NCBI GenBank assembly: GCA_042408215.1
Contig: JAYFMW010000027.1
Location: forward strand, 1 to 64,000
Reading direction: 5' to 3'
DNA length: 64,000 nucleotides
Source of the DNA: Microcoleus sp.
Lineage (GTDB): Bacteria > Cyanobacteriota > Cyanobacteriia > Cyanobacteriales > Microcoleaceae
Part shown: piece after piece, positions 40,566 through 50,155 of the stretch
Layout of the letters: each line of letters begins with the position of its first letter
Position numbering within the stretch: the stretch's first letter is position 1
Program-made: the position numbers and the translations under genes
Notes under the pieces: generated by a model
Told to the model about the DNA's origin: nothing
What the model saw: the letters and a program-made list of their open reading frames with translations, nothing else
The model's database searches: none

Positions 40566-40838
40566 ATGGCAGAAGGAAGATGGAAGTTCGGCAACGGATT
40601 CTGTAACGGATGTAACGGATGTAACGGATGTAACGGATGTAACGGATGTCAGGAATCAGGAATCAGGAAGAAGAAAAATGTAATACAATCAATGGTTTCA
40701 GCAATTGAAAATGTCCTAATTGCCGAGACGGTTGCTATAAATTCCCGATCGACGATCGCCCGTAGTTCCGCTAAAACTGTTACTGTGCAAAATAATATAG
40801 ATTCAACCCTTAACTTGATAGCACAAATAGGCCGCCCA

Positions 40839-43025
40839 ATGAATCCCGATTTTCACAACCAGTCTGAAACACCCAAATTTGAAGATGCCACATCCCTGAC
40901 AATTGTTGCAGAAAAGTATTACTCTGTTGGCAATTTAGTAGAAGCGATCGCCGCTTGTCGCCGTGCCCTGGAATTACAACCGGATTGGGCCCCCGCTTAC
41001 GTGACAATGGGTAACGTGCAGCAAGCCAGCGGGCAAATTGAGGAGGCGATGCGGCTGTATTCTGAGGCGATCGCCCTGAATCCCGACTTTGCTGAGGCTT
41101 ATGCTAATTTGGGCAGTATGCTCTACAAACAAGGGCGTTTGGTGGAGGCGATCGTCAATTACGAAAAGGCGATTGTGCTCAAACCGGATTTAGCCGCGGC
41201 TTACTGGAATTTGGCTGGAGCACTGAAGCAGCAGGGACAATTTGATGCAGCGGTAGCATACGAACAAAAAGCTCTCGAACTCAATCCCTATCTGGCTGAG
41301 GTGGATTTTCATTTAAATTTGGGAGATCAATTAGCGCGGCTGGGTAAGCTAGATGAGGCTGTGGCTGCATGGCAACGGGCGATCGCTTTTAAGCCCGATT
41401 TACCCGAAGCACACTGTCAAATAGGCATAGTTTTGCGGTATCAAGGCAAATTTAAAGAAGCAATTCCCCACCTTCAGAAAGCCCTGGAAATTAAACCAGA
41501 TTTTATTCCCGCTCACCAACATTTGTGCGGCATTCTCAGAGATACTAGCGATTTAGCTGCGGCGCGGCAAGCTGTTCATAAATACAGCCAAATGTGCGAA
41601 GAAACCGATCCAATTATGACCGCAATTTACTTCATCAGCACCTATCAAGTGTCGGGCTTGAATCAAATTGCTGGGGAGAGATTTTTAGAATTAGAATCTT
41701 ACTTGCAGAAAAACTTAGACACAGTTAAATCGGTTGAAATTAAATCGCTTTATGCAAACTTTTTATTTAGCACGCCATATCTGCGAGATGACGTGGCGGC
41801 AAACTCTCAGCTTTACCGATTAATTGCCCAAAAGTATATCGACAAATGTATCAAACCTAATTTTTCGCAAGTCGCTCATTACAGTTTAAAACCAACTCCC
41901 ACAGCAAGTAAGTTGAAAATCGGCTTTTTGTCCAATCACTTCAGCCGCCATTCTGTAGGTTGGTGCAGTGCTGACATCATTCGCGAATTGTCGGCGATCG
42001 CACCGAATTTGTATTTGTACGCTTCCGAAAGAATTGTGACTGATGACAAAACTCAGGAGTTTGAAAGTTTTGGCAAACTGAATTTGCCTAAAACTTTCCC
42101 GAATGGACTTCCTAACTCAGCCGAAATTATCGAGCAAATTCAGCAAGACTCCTTGGATGTTTTAGTAGACTTAGATTCTCTAAGCGTGCCAATTCATGCT
42201 GATATTCTCTATCGGAAACCCGCGCGAGTTTGTGTTTCTTGGTTGGGATTTGACGCAGCTTACATATCACCAAATAATTACTTTTTGTGCGACGATCGCA
42301 CGCACCCAGCAGGCCGGGAAAAATATTACGAAGAGCAACTAATTAGAATGCCGGATTCATTTGTTGCGGTGTCAGATTTCCCAAGGTATGCTGTCGATCC
42401 GGTGGCTTTGAGACAGTCGAATCGGATTGGTTTAGATCAGATAGTTTACCTGTGTGTCGCTCCCGGTAGAAAATTTAATTACGATTTGGTAAAAGCACAG
42501 GTGGCTATTCTCAAGCAAGTGCCAAATAGTGTTTTGATTCACAAAGCTTTAGGGGATGGTGCAGTGTTTCAGGCTGCTTATCACCAAGCTTGCGAAGCGG
42601 AGGGAGTCGGCCGGCACCGGATTAAGTTTTTGCCGAGAGTTGCTACCGAGGAAGAACACAGAATTATCTATTTGCTGGCCGATGTTTTGTTGGATTCTTA
42701 TCCTTACAATGGCGGTACTCATACTTTAGAGGCTTTGTGGTTTAATTTACCTGTGGTGACTCGCACTGGAGAGCAATTTTTGTCAAGAATGGGTTATTCG
42801 TTTTTGCAGACTTTGGGGATTGAGACTGGTGTGGCTTGGTCTTGGCCGGAATATGTGGAATTGGGTGTAAAATTGGGTAAAGATGGTGAATTGCGAAAGG
42901 CGATTAAAGCACAGTTGGTGCAATCTAAAAATGCGGGAAATTTGTCGCCGCTGTGGAATCCGAAAAAGTTTGCTGGAGATATGTACGCGGTGTTTGAAAA
43001 ACTGTGTAAAATAGGCAACAGTTAG
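40839..43025 (+). CDS. TPR-containing O-GlcNAc transferase-like protein (GT41/SPINDLY type)
   Basis: TPR array, then KIGFLS.HF..HSVGW, DVLVDLD, SWLGF, DVLLDSYPYNGGTHTLEALW, SRMG.S; start uncertain (40692 or 40839). Confidence 0.9.
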   Translation: MNPDFHNQSETPKFEDATSLTIVAEKYYSVGNLVEAIAACRRALELQPDWAPAYVTMGNVQQASGQIEEAMRLYSEAIALNPDFAEAYANLGSMLYKQGRLVEAIVNYEKAIVLKPDLAAAYWNLAGALKQQGQFDAAVAYEQKALELNPYLAEVDFHLNLGDQLARLGKLDEAVAAWQRAIAFKPDLPEAHCQIGIVLRYQGKFKEAIPHLQKALEIKPDFIPAHQHLCGILRDTSDLAAARQAVHKYSQMCEETDPIMTAIYFISTYQVSGLNQIAGERFLELESYLQKNLDTVKSVEIKSLYANFLFSTPYLRDDVAANSQLYRLIAQKYIDKCIKPNFSQVAHYSLKPTPTASKLKIGFLSNHFSRHSVGWCSADIIRELSAIAPNLYLYASERIVTDDKTQEFESFGKLNLPKTFPNGLPNSAEIIEQIQQDSLDVLVDLDSLSVPIHADILYRKPARVCVSWLGFDAAYISPNNYFLCDDRTHPAGREKYYEEQLIRMPDSFVAVSDFPRYAVDPVALRQSNRIGLDQIVYLCVAPGRKFNYDLVKAQVAILKQVPNSVLIHKALGDGAVFQAAYHQACEAEGVGRHRIKFLPRVATEEEHRIIYLLADVLLDSYPYNGGTHTLEALWFNLPVVTRTGEQFLSRMGYSFLQTLGIETGVAWSWPEYVELGVKLGKDGELRKAIKAQLVQSKNAGNLSPLWNPKKFAGDMYAVFEKLCKIGNS

Positions 43026-43028
43026 TAA

Positions 43029-43120
43029 TAGCATTCGCCAAGGTGCTTAGGTCATTGAGCGGAGCGTGGTTCGACTACGCTCAATGACGAGAAATGTCCT
43101 AACCGTCTTGGCGGTTGCTA
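43029..43120. mobile_element. MITE with IS630-type ends
   Basis: TAGCATTCGCCAAGGTGCTTAGG...CCTAACCGTCTTGGCGGTTGCTA-TA resembles the IRs of the IS630 at 5987-6959; internal hairpin gtcattgagcg...cgctcaatgac. Confidence 0.7.
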
Positions 43121-43278
43121 TAATAGCCAGAACCCCGACTTCTTGAATATTCCTGGACGCATAAATACCAAAGAAACCGGGTTTTTTACGCCAGTTAAAG
43201 GCTGGTGCAGTATTTTAGTTAAAAAACCCGGTTTCTGCGTCCAGGACTAAAAATCTCAAATCTCAAATCTCAAATTGC

Positions 43279-43875
43279 ATGACTTCAACTCTACCAACTA
43301 TTAAGTTTCTGAAACAGCCGACTTCTGAAGATTGGGTGGAACAGGCGATCGCCAATTTAGATACAATCTTATTAGATCATTCTCACTGCGAGCGAAAAGC
43401 GGCGGGAGTAGCGTTAAATTTAATGTTTCGCTACCCGGCTCATGCTAAATTGGTGAGGATGCTAACTGCGATCGCCCGCGAAGAATTAGAGCATTTCGAG
43501 CAAGTCAATCAGCGGTTAGAACAGCGGAATATTGCTTTGGGCCATTTAGCGGCTCCTCCCTACGGTGCCGGTTTGTCCAGCCAAATTCGGAAGCAAGAAC
43601 CGGATAGATTGTTGGATTCTTTGCTAGTTTGTGCTATAATAGAAGCGCGCAGTCACGAACGGCTGGGACTGCTGGCTGCTCGCTGTCTAGATACAGAATT
43701 AGCTAAATTTTACCGCAGTTTGATGGCTTCTGAAGCCCGTCATTACGGTGTATATTGGATTTTGGCAACAACTTATTTCGATCGCTCTCTTGTCGATATG
43801 CGACTGGATCAATTATCATTAGTTGAGAGCGAGTTGCTGGCAACTCTTCATCCAGAACCGAGAATTCATAGTTAA
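43279..43875 (+). CDS. miaE: tRNA-(ms2io6A) hydroxylase
   Basis: DHSHCERKAA, EELEHF, IEARSHER, SEARH, EPRIHS. Confidence 0.93.
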   Translation: MTSTLPTIKFLKQPTSEDWVEQAIANLDTILLDHSHCERKAAGVALNLMFRYPAHAKLVRMLTAIAREELEHFEQVNQRLEQRNIALGHLAAPPYGAGLSSQIRKQEPDRLLDSLLVCAIIEARSHERLGLLAARCLDTELAKFYRSLMASEARHYGVYWILATTYFDRSLVDMRLDQLSLVESELLATLHPEPRIHS

Positions 43876-43964
43876 AATTAGGGTGTGTTGAGGCACTGTG
43901 CAACATGAAATCAGTGCTAATTGAAAGTTATTAATGTTACCCCAAAAATGAGTTGCGAAAACCA

Positions 43965-44465
43965 ATGAACACCAAATATCGAGATTTTTTAATTCGTTCC
44001 TGGGAAACGCGCGATCGGGCTGATGCCTTTCATGTAATTCGGGATGTTTTAGCGGAGTACGGTTTAAATTGTGAGCCTTTCGATGCCGATCGAGATGTCT
44101 ACGATGTAGAACTATATTATCAGACAAAAGGCGGAGAATTTTGGGTGGTTGAATGGCTGGGTGAAATAGTCGGTACGGCGGCTTACTATCCCATCGAACG
44201 CGGGAATAATGCTGTGGAAATTCGCAAAATGTATATTTTGCCAAAGGCAAGGGGACAAGGTTTGGGTAAATTTTTACTGCAAGAATTGGAAAGTAAAATT
44301 GCCACTCGCGGCTTTGATGAAATCTGGATCGAAACTGCTAGCGTGCTCAATGAAGCTGTTAAGATGTACGAAAATAGTGGATATCAACCGACAACTGGTG
44401 TTGAGACGCAAAGGTGCGATCGGGTTTACATGAAAGTTATAAAAAGGTCAAAAAGTTTGTCCTAG
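43965..44465 (+). CDS. GNAT family N-acetyltransferase
   Basis: EIRKMYILPKARGQGLGK, AVKMYE..GY. Confidence 0.9.
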   Translation: MNTKYRDFLIRSWETRDRADAFHVIRDVLAEYGLNCEPFDADRDVYDVELYYQTKGGEFWVVEWLGEIVGTAAYYPIERGNNAVEIRKMYILPKARGQGLGKFLLQELESKIATRGFDEIWIETASVLNEAVKMYENSGYQPTTGVETQRCDRVYMKVIKRSKSLS

Positions 44466-44557
44466 GGTGCGTCAGTGTGCGTGTTCGGTTCCGTTAGAAC
44501 AGCTATACAATCGACAGCGAAATTGCTAAACCTAAACCTGTTCCCTTACCAACAGGT

Positions 44558-45125
44558 TTAGTAGTGAAAAACGGGTTCGCTGATACCGGGACCGCTATCG
44601 GCAATCCGAATTGCAACGCAGTTGTCTGTGACTTCGGTGCGAATCCTAATTTCTAGATTTTTGGCTGTGTAGAGGTGATTTTCAGTGGTAGAATTAGAGC
44701 GAGCGATCTCTGTTTCTAATGCGTCGATCGCAGGACTCAGAAAATTCATAAATACTTGATTTAACTGACCAATAATTTCAAAGGTGGTACAAGCCCCCGG
44801 ATTTATCCGTGGAATCAATCCAAAATCCCAAATCTAAAATCCTCAAGCCCCCGCATTTATACGTGGGGTAAATCTAAAATCTAAAATCTAAAATCTAAAA
44901 TCGATTGACCGGGATAACACTCAAATTTGGGCAAATCGCCGGACTGTTTAATCACATTAATATTCGGTCGATCGGGTTGATTTTCAGGCGGTTTTGCAAA
45001 ATCATCAGCGTACTTTCAATGCCTTCGTGAATGTCAACTTTTTTCATTTCTGCTTCGTCAAGCCTGGAGAAAGTACGCAAACTCAAAACTAGAGTCCGAA
45101 TGCGATCGGCTCCTACCTTCCTAAC
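44558..45125 (-). pseudogene. sensor histidine kinase HATPase fragment interrupted by repeats
   Basis: LRTFSRLDEAEMKKVDIHEGIESTLMIL and GQLNQVFMN...[10 protein letters not shown], separated by a palindrome + TCTAAAA insertion at about 44780-44905. Confidence 0.8.
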
Positions 45126-45210
45126 TCTGTCAACAGTCAACAGTCAACAGTCAACTGTCAACTGTTAACTGTTAACTGTTAACTGTTAACAGTTAACTGA
45201 CTAAATTAAA

Positions 45211-46605
45211 TTAATCGCGGGCGATGCCTTCGGCTCGCGCTGCCAACTGTACTGCACTGGCGACAGCAGTAGCAACTCGATCGTCAAATACAGAGGGTAT
45301 AATGTATTCTTTGCCAAGCTGGTCAGGCTCGACTAAAGAGGCGATCGCGTAAGCTGCTTCCAAATACATATTTGTCGTAATCGTGGTAGCCTTGCAGTCC
45401 AAAGCACCTCGGAATATGCCAGGAAATGCCAAAACATTGTTAATTTGATTTGGGTAATCGCTGCGCCCAGTGGCGATGATTGCCACATCATCCATGATTA
45501 ATTCTGGCTGAATTTCGGGAATGGGATTTGCCATTGCAAAAACAATCCGATTCTCTGCCATCGAACGCACCATCGATCGGGTGAGAACGCCAGGGGCGCT
45601 AACTCCTAAAAATACATCGGCACCGGCGATCGCATCTTCCAAAGTACCGCCTGACGCCACGGCAAATTCGAGTTTTTCTGGGTTCATGTCCGTGCGGTCT
45701 TTGGAGAGGACACCTTTGGAGTCGCACATGATGATGTTTTCGGCACCTGCTTTGCGTAACAAACGGGCGATCGCAACTCCAGCGGCACCGGCTCCGTTAA
45801 TCACGATGCACACTTCTGAAATAGATTTCTGCACGAATTTTAGGGAATTAATTAATGCTGCTAAACTGACAATGGCAGTGCCATGTTGGTCATCGTGAAA
45901 AATGGGAATATCTAGAGTTTCCCGCAATCTTGCTTCGATTTCAAAGCAGCGGGGCGCGGAAATATCTTCGAGGTTGATGCCGCCAAAAACTGGGGCGATA
46001 TTCTGCACAGTCCGAATAATTTCCTCCGTATCTTGGGTATTCAAACAGATAGGAAAGGCATCTATTCCGGCAAATTCTTTAAATAGCATGGCTTTGCCTT
46101 CCATGACTGGCAGTGCAGCAAGAGGGCCGAGGTTTCCGAGTCCCAAAACTGCGCTACCGTCGGTAACAATGGCAACAGTATTTTGTTTGATTGTCAGGTT
46201 ATAAACTTGTTCGGGGTCCTGGGCGATCGCCGTGCAGATGCGGCCGACTCCTGGGGTGTATGCCATTGCCAAATCGGACGGGCGTTTGAGGGGAATTTTG
46301 CTTTCAACTCTGATTTTACCGCCGCGGTGCAAGTTGAAGGTGCGATCGTACACATCGATCACTTCGATATCCGGCAGAGCTTTCACTGCTTGCACTATTT
46401 CTTCGCTGTGCTCGGTGCTCGAAGCATCGACGGTGATATCGCGAATGGTAGTGGCGCGGTTTTGCTCGATCAATTCGATTTGGTCGAAGTTGCCGCCAAC
46501 AGATGCGATCGCGCTGGTGACGCTGGCCAGCATTCCCGGCTGGTTTGGCAGGGAAACGCGAATCATTAAACTAAAGCTGGGGTTCGGTGTCAGTTTTACC
46601 GTCAT
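45211..46605 (-). CDS. NAD(P)-dependent malic enzyme with N-terminal ACT domain
   Basis: AYTPGV, TDGSAVLGLGN, MEGKA, NLEDI, HDDQHGTA, GAGAAG, NNVLAFPG. Confidence 0.95.
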   Translation of the reverse strand: MTVKLTPNPSFSLMIRVSLPNQPGMLASVTSAIASVGGNFDQIELIEQNRATTIRDITVDASSTEHSEEIVQAVKALPDIEVIDVYDRTFNLHRGGKIRVESKIPLKRPSDLAMAYTPGVGRICTAIAQDPEQVYNLTIKQNTVAIVTDGSAVLGLGNLGPLAALPVMEGKAMLFKEFAGIDAFPICLNTQDTEEIIRTVQNIAPVFGGINLEDISAPRCFEIEARLRETLDIPIFHDDQHGTAIVSLAALINSLKFVQKSISEVCIVINGAGAAGVAIARLLRKAGAENIIMCDSKGVLSKDRTDMNPEKLEFAVASGGTLEDAIAGADVFLGVSAPGVLTRSMVRSMAENRIVFAMANPIPEIQPELIMDDVAIIATGRSDYPNQINNVLAFPGIFRGALDCKATTITTNMYLEAAYAIASLVEPDQLGKEYIIPSVFDDRVATAVASAVQLAARAEGIARD

Positions 46606-47039
46606 GGCTTGATTTCAGATTTGAGATTTCAGAATTTCAATCTTAGATTGAATAGCCAACTTTATCTCAAAAATTTAATAATTAAAATTTTAAACTGAAA
46701 TTTTTAACAAACTCTGTTTGCTGGTGATGCTCCGATTTTTGACTGATACTGTGTAATTCCTGTGGCTGTCTTTTGATGCGAGACACTTCGGGAATTTATG
46801 CGGCTTGTTGGCGGCAAAAGTAGCGCTGCTAAAGTAGATGCACGGCTGTTTTAGCCGGCAGGTAAAAATCCGATCGACTGACAAGCGGTCATTTTGTTGG
46901 TAAATTGTGCCTGTTTGCTTAACAGTTGTTTTTCTGCGATCCCTGTCTCTGAGAACGATCGAATTACCTGCCGATTTGGCTTTTTGGTCTTTTAAAAGCA
47001 ATGCAATACAGCTTAATTGCTGGTTGCTAATTGTAGATT

Positions 47040-47435
47040 TTAACGTTCGGCTGTTTCACAGTCACAAAAAATAGAAAAGAATTTACAAGCCAGACAATCG
47101 GTGGGAACTTTTTCTAAGCTTGGGCGATCGACAGTTTCGAGTGCTTCAGTGCCGGCGGGCATGACACACAGAGCAACTTGTCCGACTCCAGCCATCAGTT
47201 CGGCAACTCGCTCCAAAATACTTTCCATTTTGTCAATTAGTTGCTCTGCTGCTTCCAGCGTCGGCGCGACAATGAAAAAGGTTTTGACTCCTTCGGGACT
47301 GGGTGCAAAGCCGAGGGTGCACTCTCGTAATAGTGCTTGAGTCGAGAGACTGAAACCGTTATCGAAGCGATCGATTACAGCTTGATAAAAGGCTTGAGTC
47401 AGAGAACGATCGCCAAAAATAGGTTGAGATAACAT
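47040..47435 (-). CDS. hypothetical protein
   Basis: 131 aa with AGGA RBS. Confidence 0.6.
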   Translation of the reverse strand: MLSQPIFGDRSLTQAFYQAVIDRFDNGFSLSTQALLRECTLGFAPSPEGVKTFFIVAPTLEAAEQLIDKMESILERVAELMAGVGQVALCVMPAGTEALETVDRPSLEKVPTDCLACKFFSIFCDCETAER

Positions 47436-48037
47436 GGCAACTTCCTTTGGTAGGATCTTTTAGGAGGATTGAAAAAATTTTAACATATCTTAATTTAAGC
47501 GATGTAATTAATTTTTCTAGCGATCGAGATCATCGACTGAATGTGATTTTTTTTTGATTTGTGTAGCGGTTGCAACTGTGATAAAATGTGTCATGTGTTA
47601 GCACTGCGAGTGATGGCCATCCCAGGACTCACGCCCAAACTACAGCGTATTCCAGGTTTATTAAGTGTAGGGACAAAGGCTTTCGCCGTGTCCTTACGGC
47701 GGCGGCAGGGACAAAGGCTTTCGCCCATTGGTGTCAACAACCAGCCTGAAAGCCATGAGAAATCTCGCTTTCACCCCAGTCTAGATCCCCCTAAATCCCC
47801 CTTAAGAAGGGAGTAGGGTGTGAGTAGGGGGTGACGAAAGAGAAGATTCCTGTCCCCCCCTTCTTAAGGGGGGCTAGGGGGGATCTAAGTTTAATAGTCA
47901 AACAGCAGTCTCTGACTGAGTTTAACGTTAAGTTGACACTCCTTGGGCTCTTGGAGTGTCCCTACTGGGGTGTACTTGATAAACGTGGAATCTGCTGTAA
48001 GTAAAAATATTCCTAATTTTCGCCCTACTTATACAGT

Positions 48038-49795
48038 ATGTTCTCAACTACAGAAAACCTAAAAGCAAGATTTGACAAAGCATTCACCGATGCATTTGGC
48101 GAAAGTCTAGCAGGTACCGATCCGATGCTGACAGCGGCAAGCAATCCCAACTTTGGGGATTTTCAGTGCAATGCGGCGATGACTTTAGCGAAAAAATTAG
48201 GAAAGCCGCCACGGGCGATCGCCCAAACAATCATCGAAAACCTCGACATCGCCGACATCTGCGAAACTCCAGAAATCGCCGGCCCCGGTTTTATCAATTT
48301 GAAACTCAAATCGGCTTATTTGGAAGCGCAAGTTAGTGCGATCGCGATCGACTCTCGTTTGGGAATCGCACCCACAGAAACACCTCAAAAAGTGGCGATC
48401 GACTTTTCCAGCCCGAATATCGCCAAAGAAATGCACGTCGGGCACCTGCGATCGACAATCATCGGCGATGCGATCGCCCGCATCCTCGAATTTCTCGGCC
48501 ACGACGTCATCAGAATCAACCACATCGGCGACTGGGGCACCCAATTCGGAATGCTAATCGCCTATTTACGCGAAGTTCACCCCGAAGCATTAACAACAGC
48601 AAACGCCCTAGACTTAGGCGATTTAGTTGCATTTTACCGCCAAGCAAAACAGCGATTTGATGCAGACGAAACCTTCAAAGAAACCGCCAGACAAGAAGTA
48701 GTAAAACTGCAAGCCGGCGCCGAAGACACCAACCGCGCTTGGAAATTGCTATGCGATCAATCGCGCCGCGAATTTCAAGTAATCTACAATTTGCTCGACA
48801 TCAAATTAACCGAACGTGGCGAATCATTTTACAATCCGTTATTACCCGCAGTAGTCGAAGATTTAACTAATCTCGGTTTGCTGGTAGAAAGTGAAGGTGC
48901 AAAATGCGTTTTTGTAGACGGTTTCACCAACAAAGAAGGCGAACCATTGCCGCTAATTGTCCAGAAAACCGACGGCGGTTACAACTACGCCACCACCGAT
49001 TTAGCCGCCATACGCTACCGGATCGAAAAAGACCAAGCAAATCGCATAATTTACGTCACCGATTCAGGACAAGCAAACCATTTTGCTCAAGTATTCAAAG
49101 TCGCGCAAAAAGCCGGTTGGATTCCCGAAAATGTCGAAATAGTGCACGTTCCCTTCGGTTTGGTATGCGGAGAAGATGGCAAAAAGCTCAAAACTCGTTC
49201 CGGTGACACTGTGCGGTTGCAAGATTTGTTAGATCAGGCGATCGTGCGAACCCGTGCAGATTTGGAAAAAAGATTAGCAGCAGAAGAAAGACAGGAAACA
49301 GAAGAGTTTATTACTAACGTCTCTCAAGTAGTTGGTTTGAGTGCAGTTAAGTACGCAGATTTAAGTCAAAACCGCGCCAGCAACTATGTCTTTAGTTACG
49401 ACAAAATGCTCGCTTTGCAAGGAAACACCGCACCTTATATGCTGTATGCTTACGTGCGCGTGCAGGGAATTCGTCGCAAAGGCGGGATTGATTTCGATAA
49501 TTTAGATGCTGGTGCAAAGGTGATTTTGCAGTCTGATGCGGAGTTGGTATTGGCGAAGCATTTATTGCAATTGAATGAAGTTGTCAGTGCAGTTAATGGT
49601 GATTTATTGCCGAATCGAATTTGTCAGTATTTGTTTGAATTGAGTCAAAAGTTCAACCAATTCTTTGAGCAATGTCCGGTTTTGAAAGCGGAGGAACCAT
49701 TGAGGAGTTCGCGATTAGTTTTGTGCGATTTGACAGCGCGGACTTTGCAGTTGGGGTTAGGATTATTGGGAATTCAAGTGTTAGAAAGAATGTAA
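48038..49795 (+). CDS. argS: arginine--tRNA ligase
   Basis: [42 protein letters not shown]-terminal ERM. Confidence 0.98.
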   Translation: MFSTTENLKARFDKAFTDAFGESLAGTDPMLTAASNPNFGDFQCNAAMTLAKKLGKPPRAIAQTIIENLDIADICETPEIAGPGFINLKLKSAYLEAQVSAIAIDSRLGIAPTETPQKVAIDFSSPNIAKEMHVGHLRSTIIGDAIARILEFLGHDVIRINHIGDWGTQFGMLIAYLREVHPEALTTANALDLGDLVAFYRQAKQRFDADETFKETARQEVVKLQAGAEDTNRAWKLLCDQSRREFQVIYNLLDIKLTERGESFYNPLLPAVVEDLTNLGLLVESEGAKCVFVDGFTNKEGEPLPLIVQKTDGGYNYATTDLAAIRYRIEKDQANRIIYVTDSGQANHFAQVFKVAQKAGWIPENVEIVHVPFGLVCGEDGKKLKTRSGDTVRLQDLLDQAIVRTRADLEKRLAAEERQETEEFITNVSQVVGLSAVKYADLSQNRASNYVFSYDKMLALQGNTAPYMLYAYVRVQGIRRKGGIDFDNLDAGAKVILQSDAELVLAKHLLQLNEVVSAVNGDLLPNRICQYLFELSQKFNQFFEQCPVLKAEEPLRSSRLVLCDLTARTLQLGLGLLGIQVLERM

Positions 49796-49797
49796 TA

Positions 49798-50010
49798 TCA
49801 AATCCTCTCTTCATCGGAATAATTCATCTCTCTCTTCTCTGACTCTGTGTTCTCTGCGTTCTCTGTGGTTAAATCATTCCGATACAACAAAGGAGGATTA
49901 TGCGGTGCCTCAGCAAGAACAATAACGCGAAATTGGCGATCGGCAAATTTGGCTGATTGCGCTAGAATTTCTGACCACGTTCCCTCTAGTTCTAGTAGTT
50001 GTGATGTCAT
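49798..50010 (-). CDS. small hypothetical protein
   Basis: LELEGTWSEIL motif, RBS AGGAG; tail runs through a repeat. Confidence 0.4.
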   Translation of the reverse strand: MTSQLLELEGTWSEILAQSAKFADRQFRVIVLAEAPHNPPLLYRNDLTTENAENTESEKREMNYSDEERI

Positions 50011-50155
50011 TGCTTTTACTCCTTAATTTTTTTTTGTTGAATTTATTATAGCGCGTGAATGATGGCTCTTTTGGAAATGAACCGCTTTCGTCGCAGAGGA
50101 CGCAGAGAAAGAGAGGAGAGGTACGATCGCACTTAGCAACATAATTTTATAAATT

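Noticed and set aside
40536..40691. CNG-repeat metal-binding N-terminus on the GT41 protein
   Set aside because: It is a translation of the 9-bp dispersed repeat and overlaps the divergent GH108 start; the real start is probably downstream.
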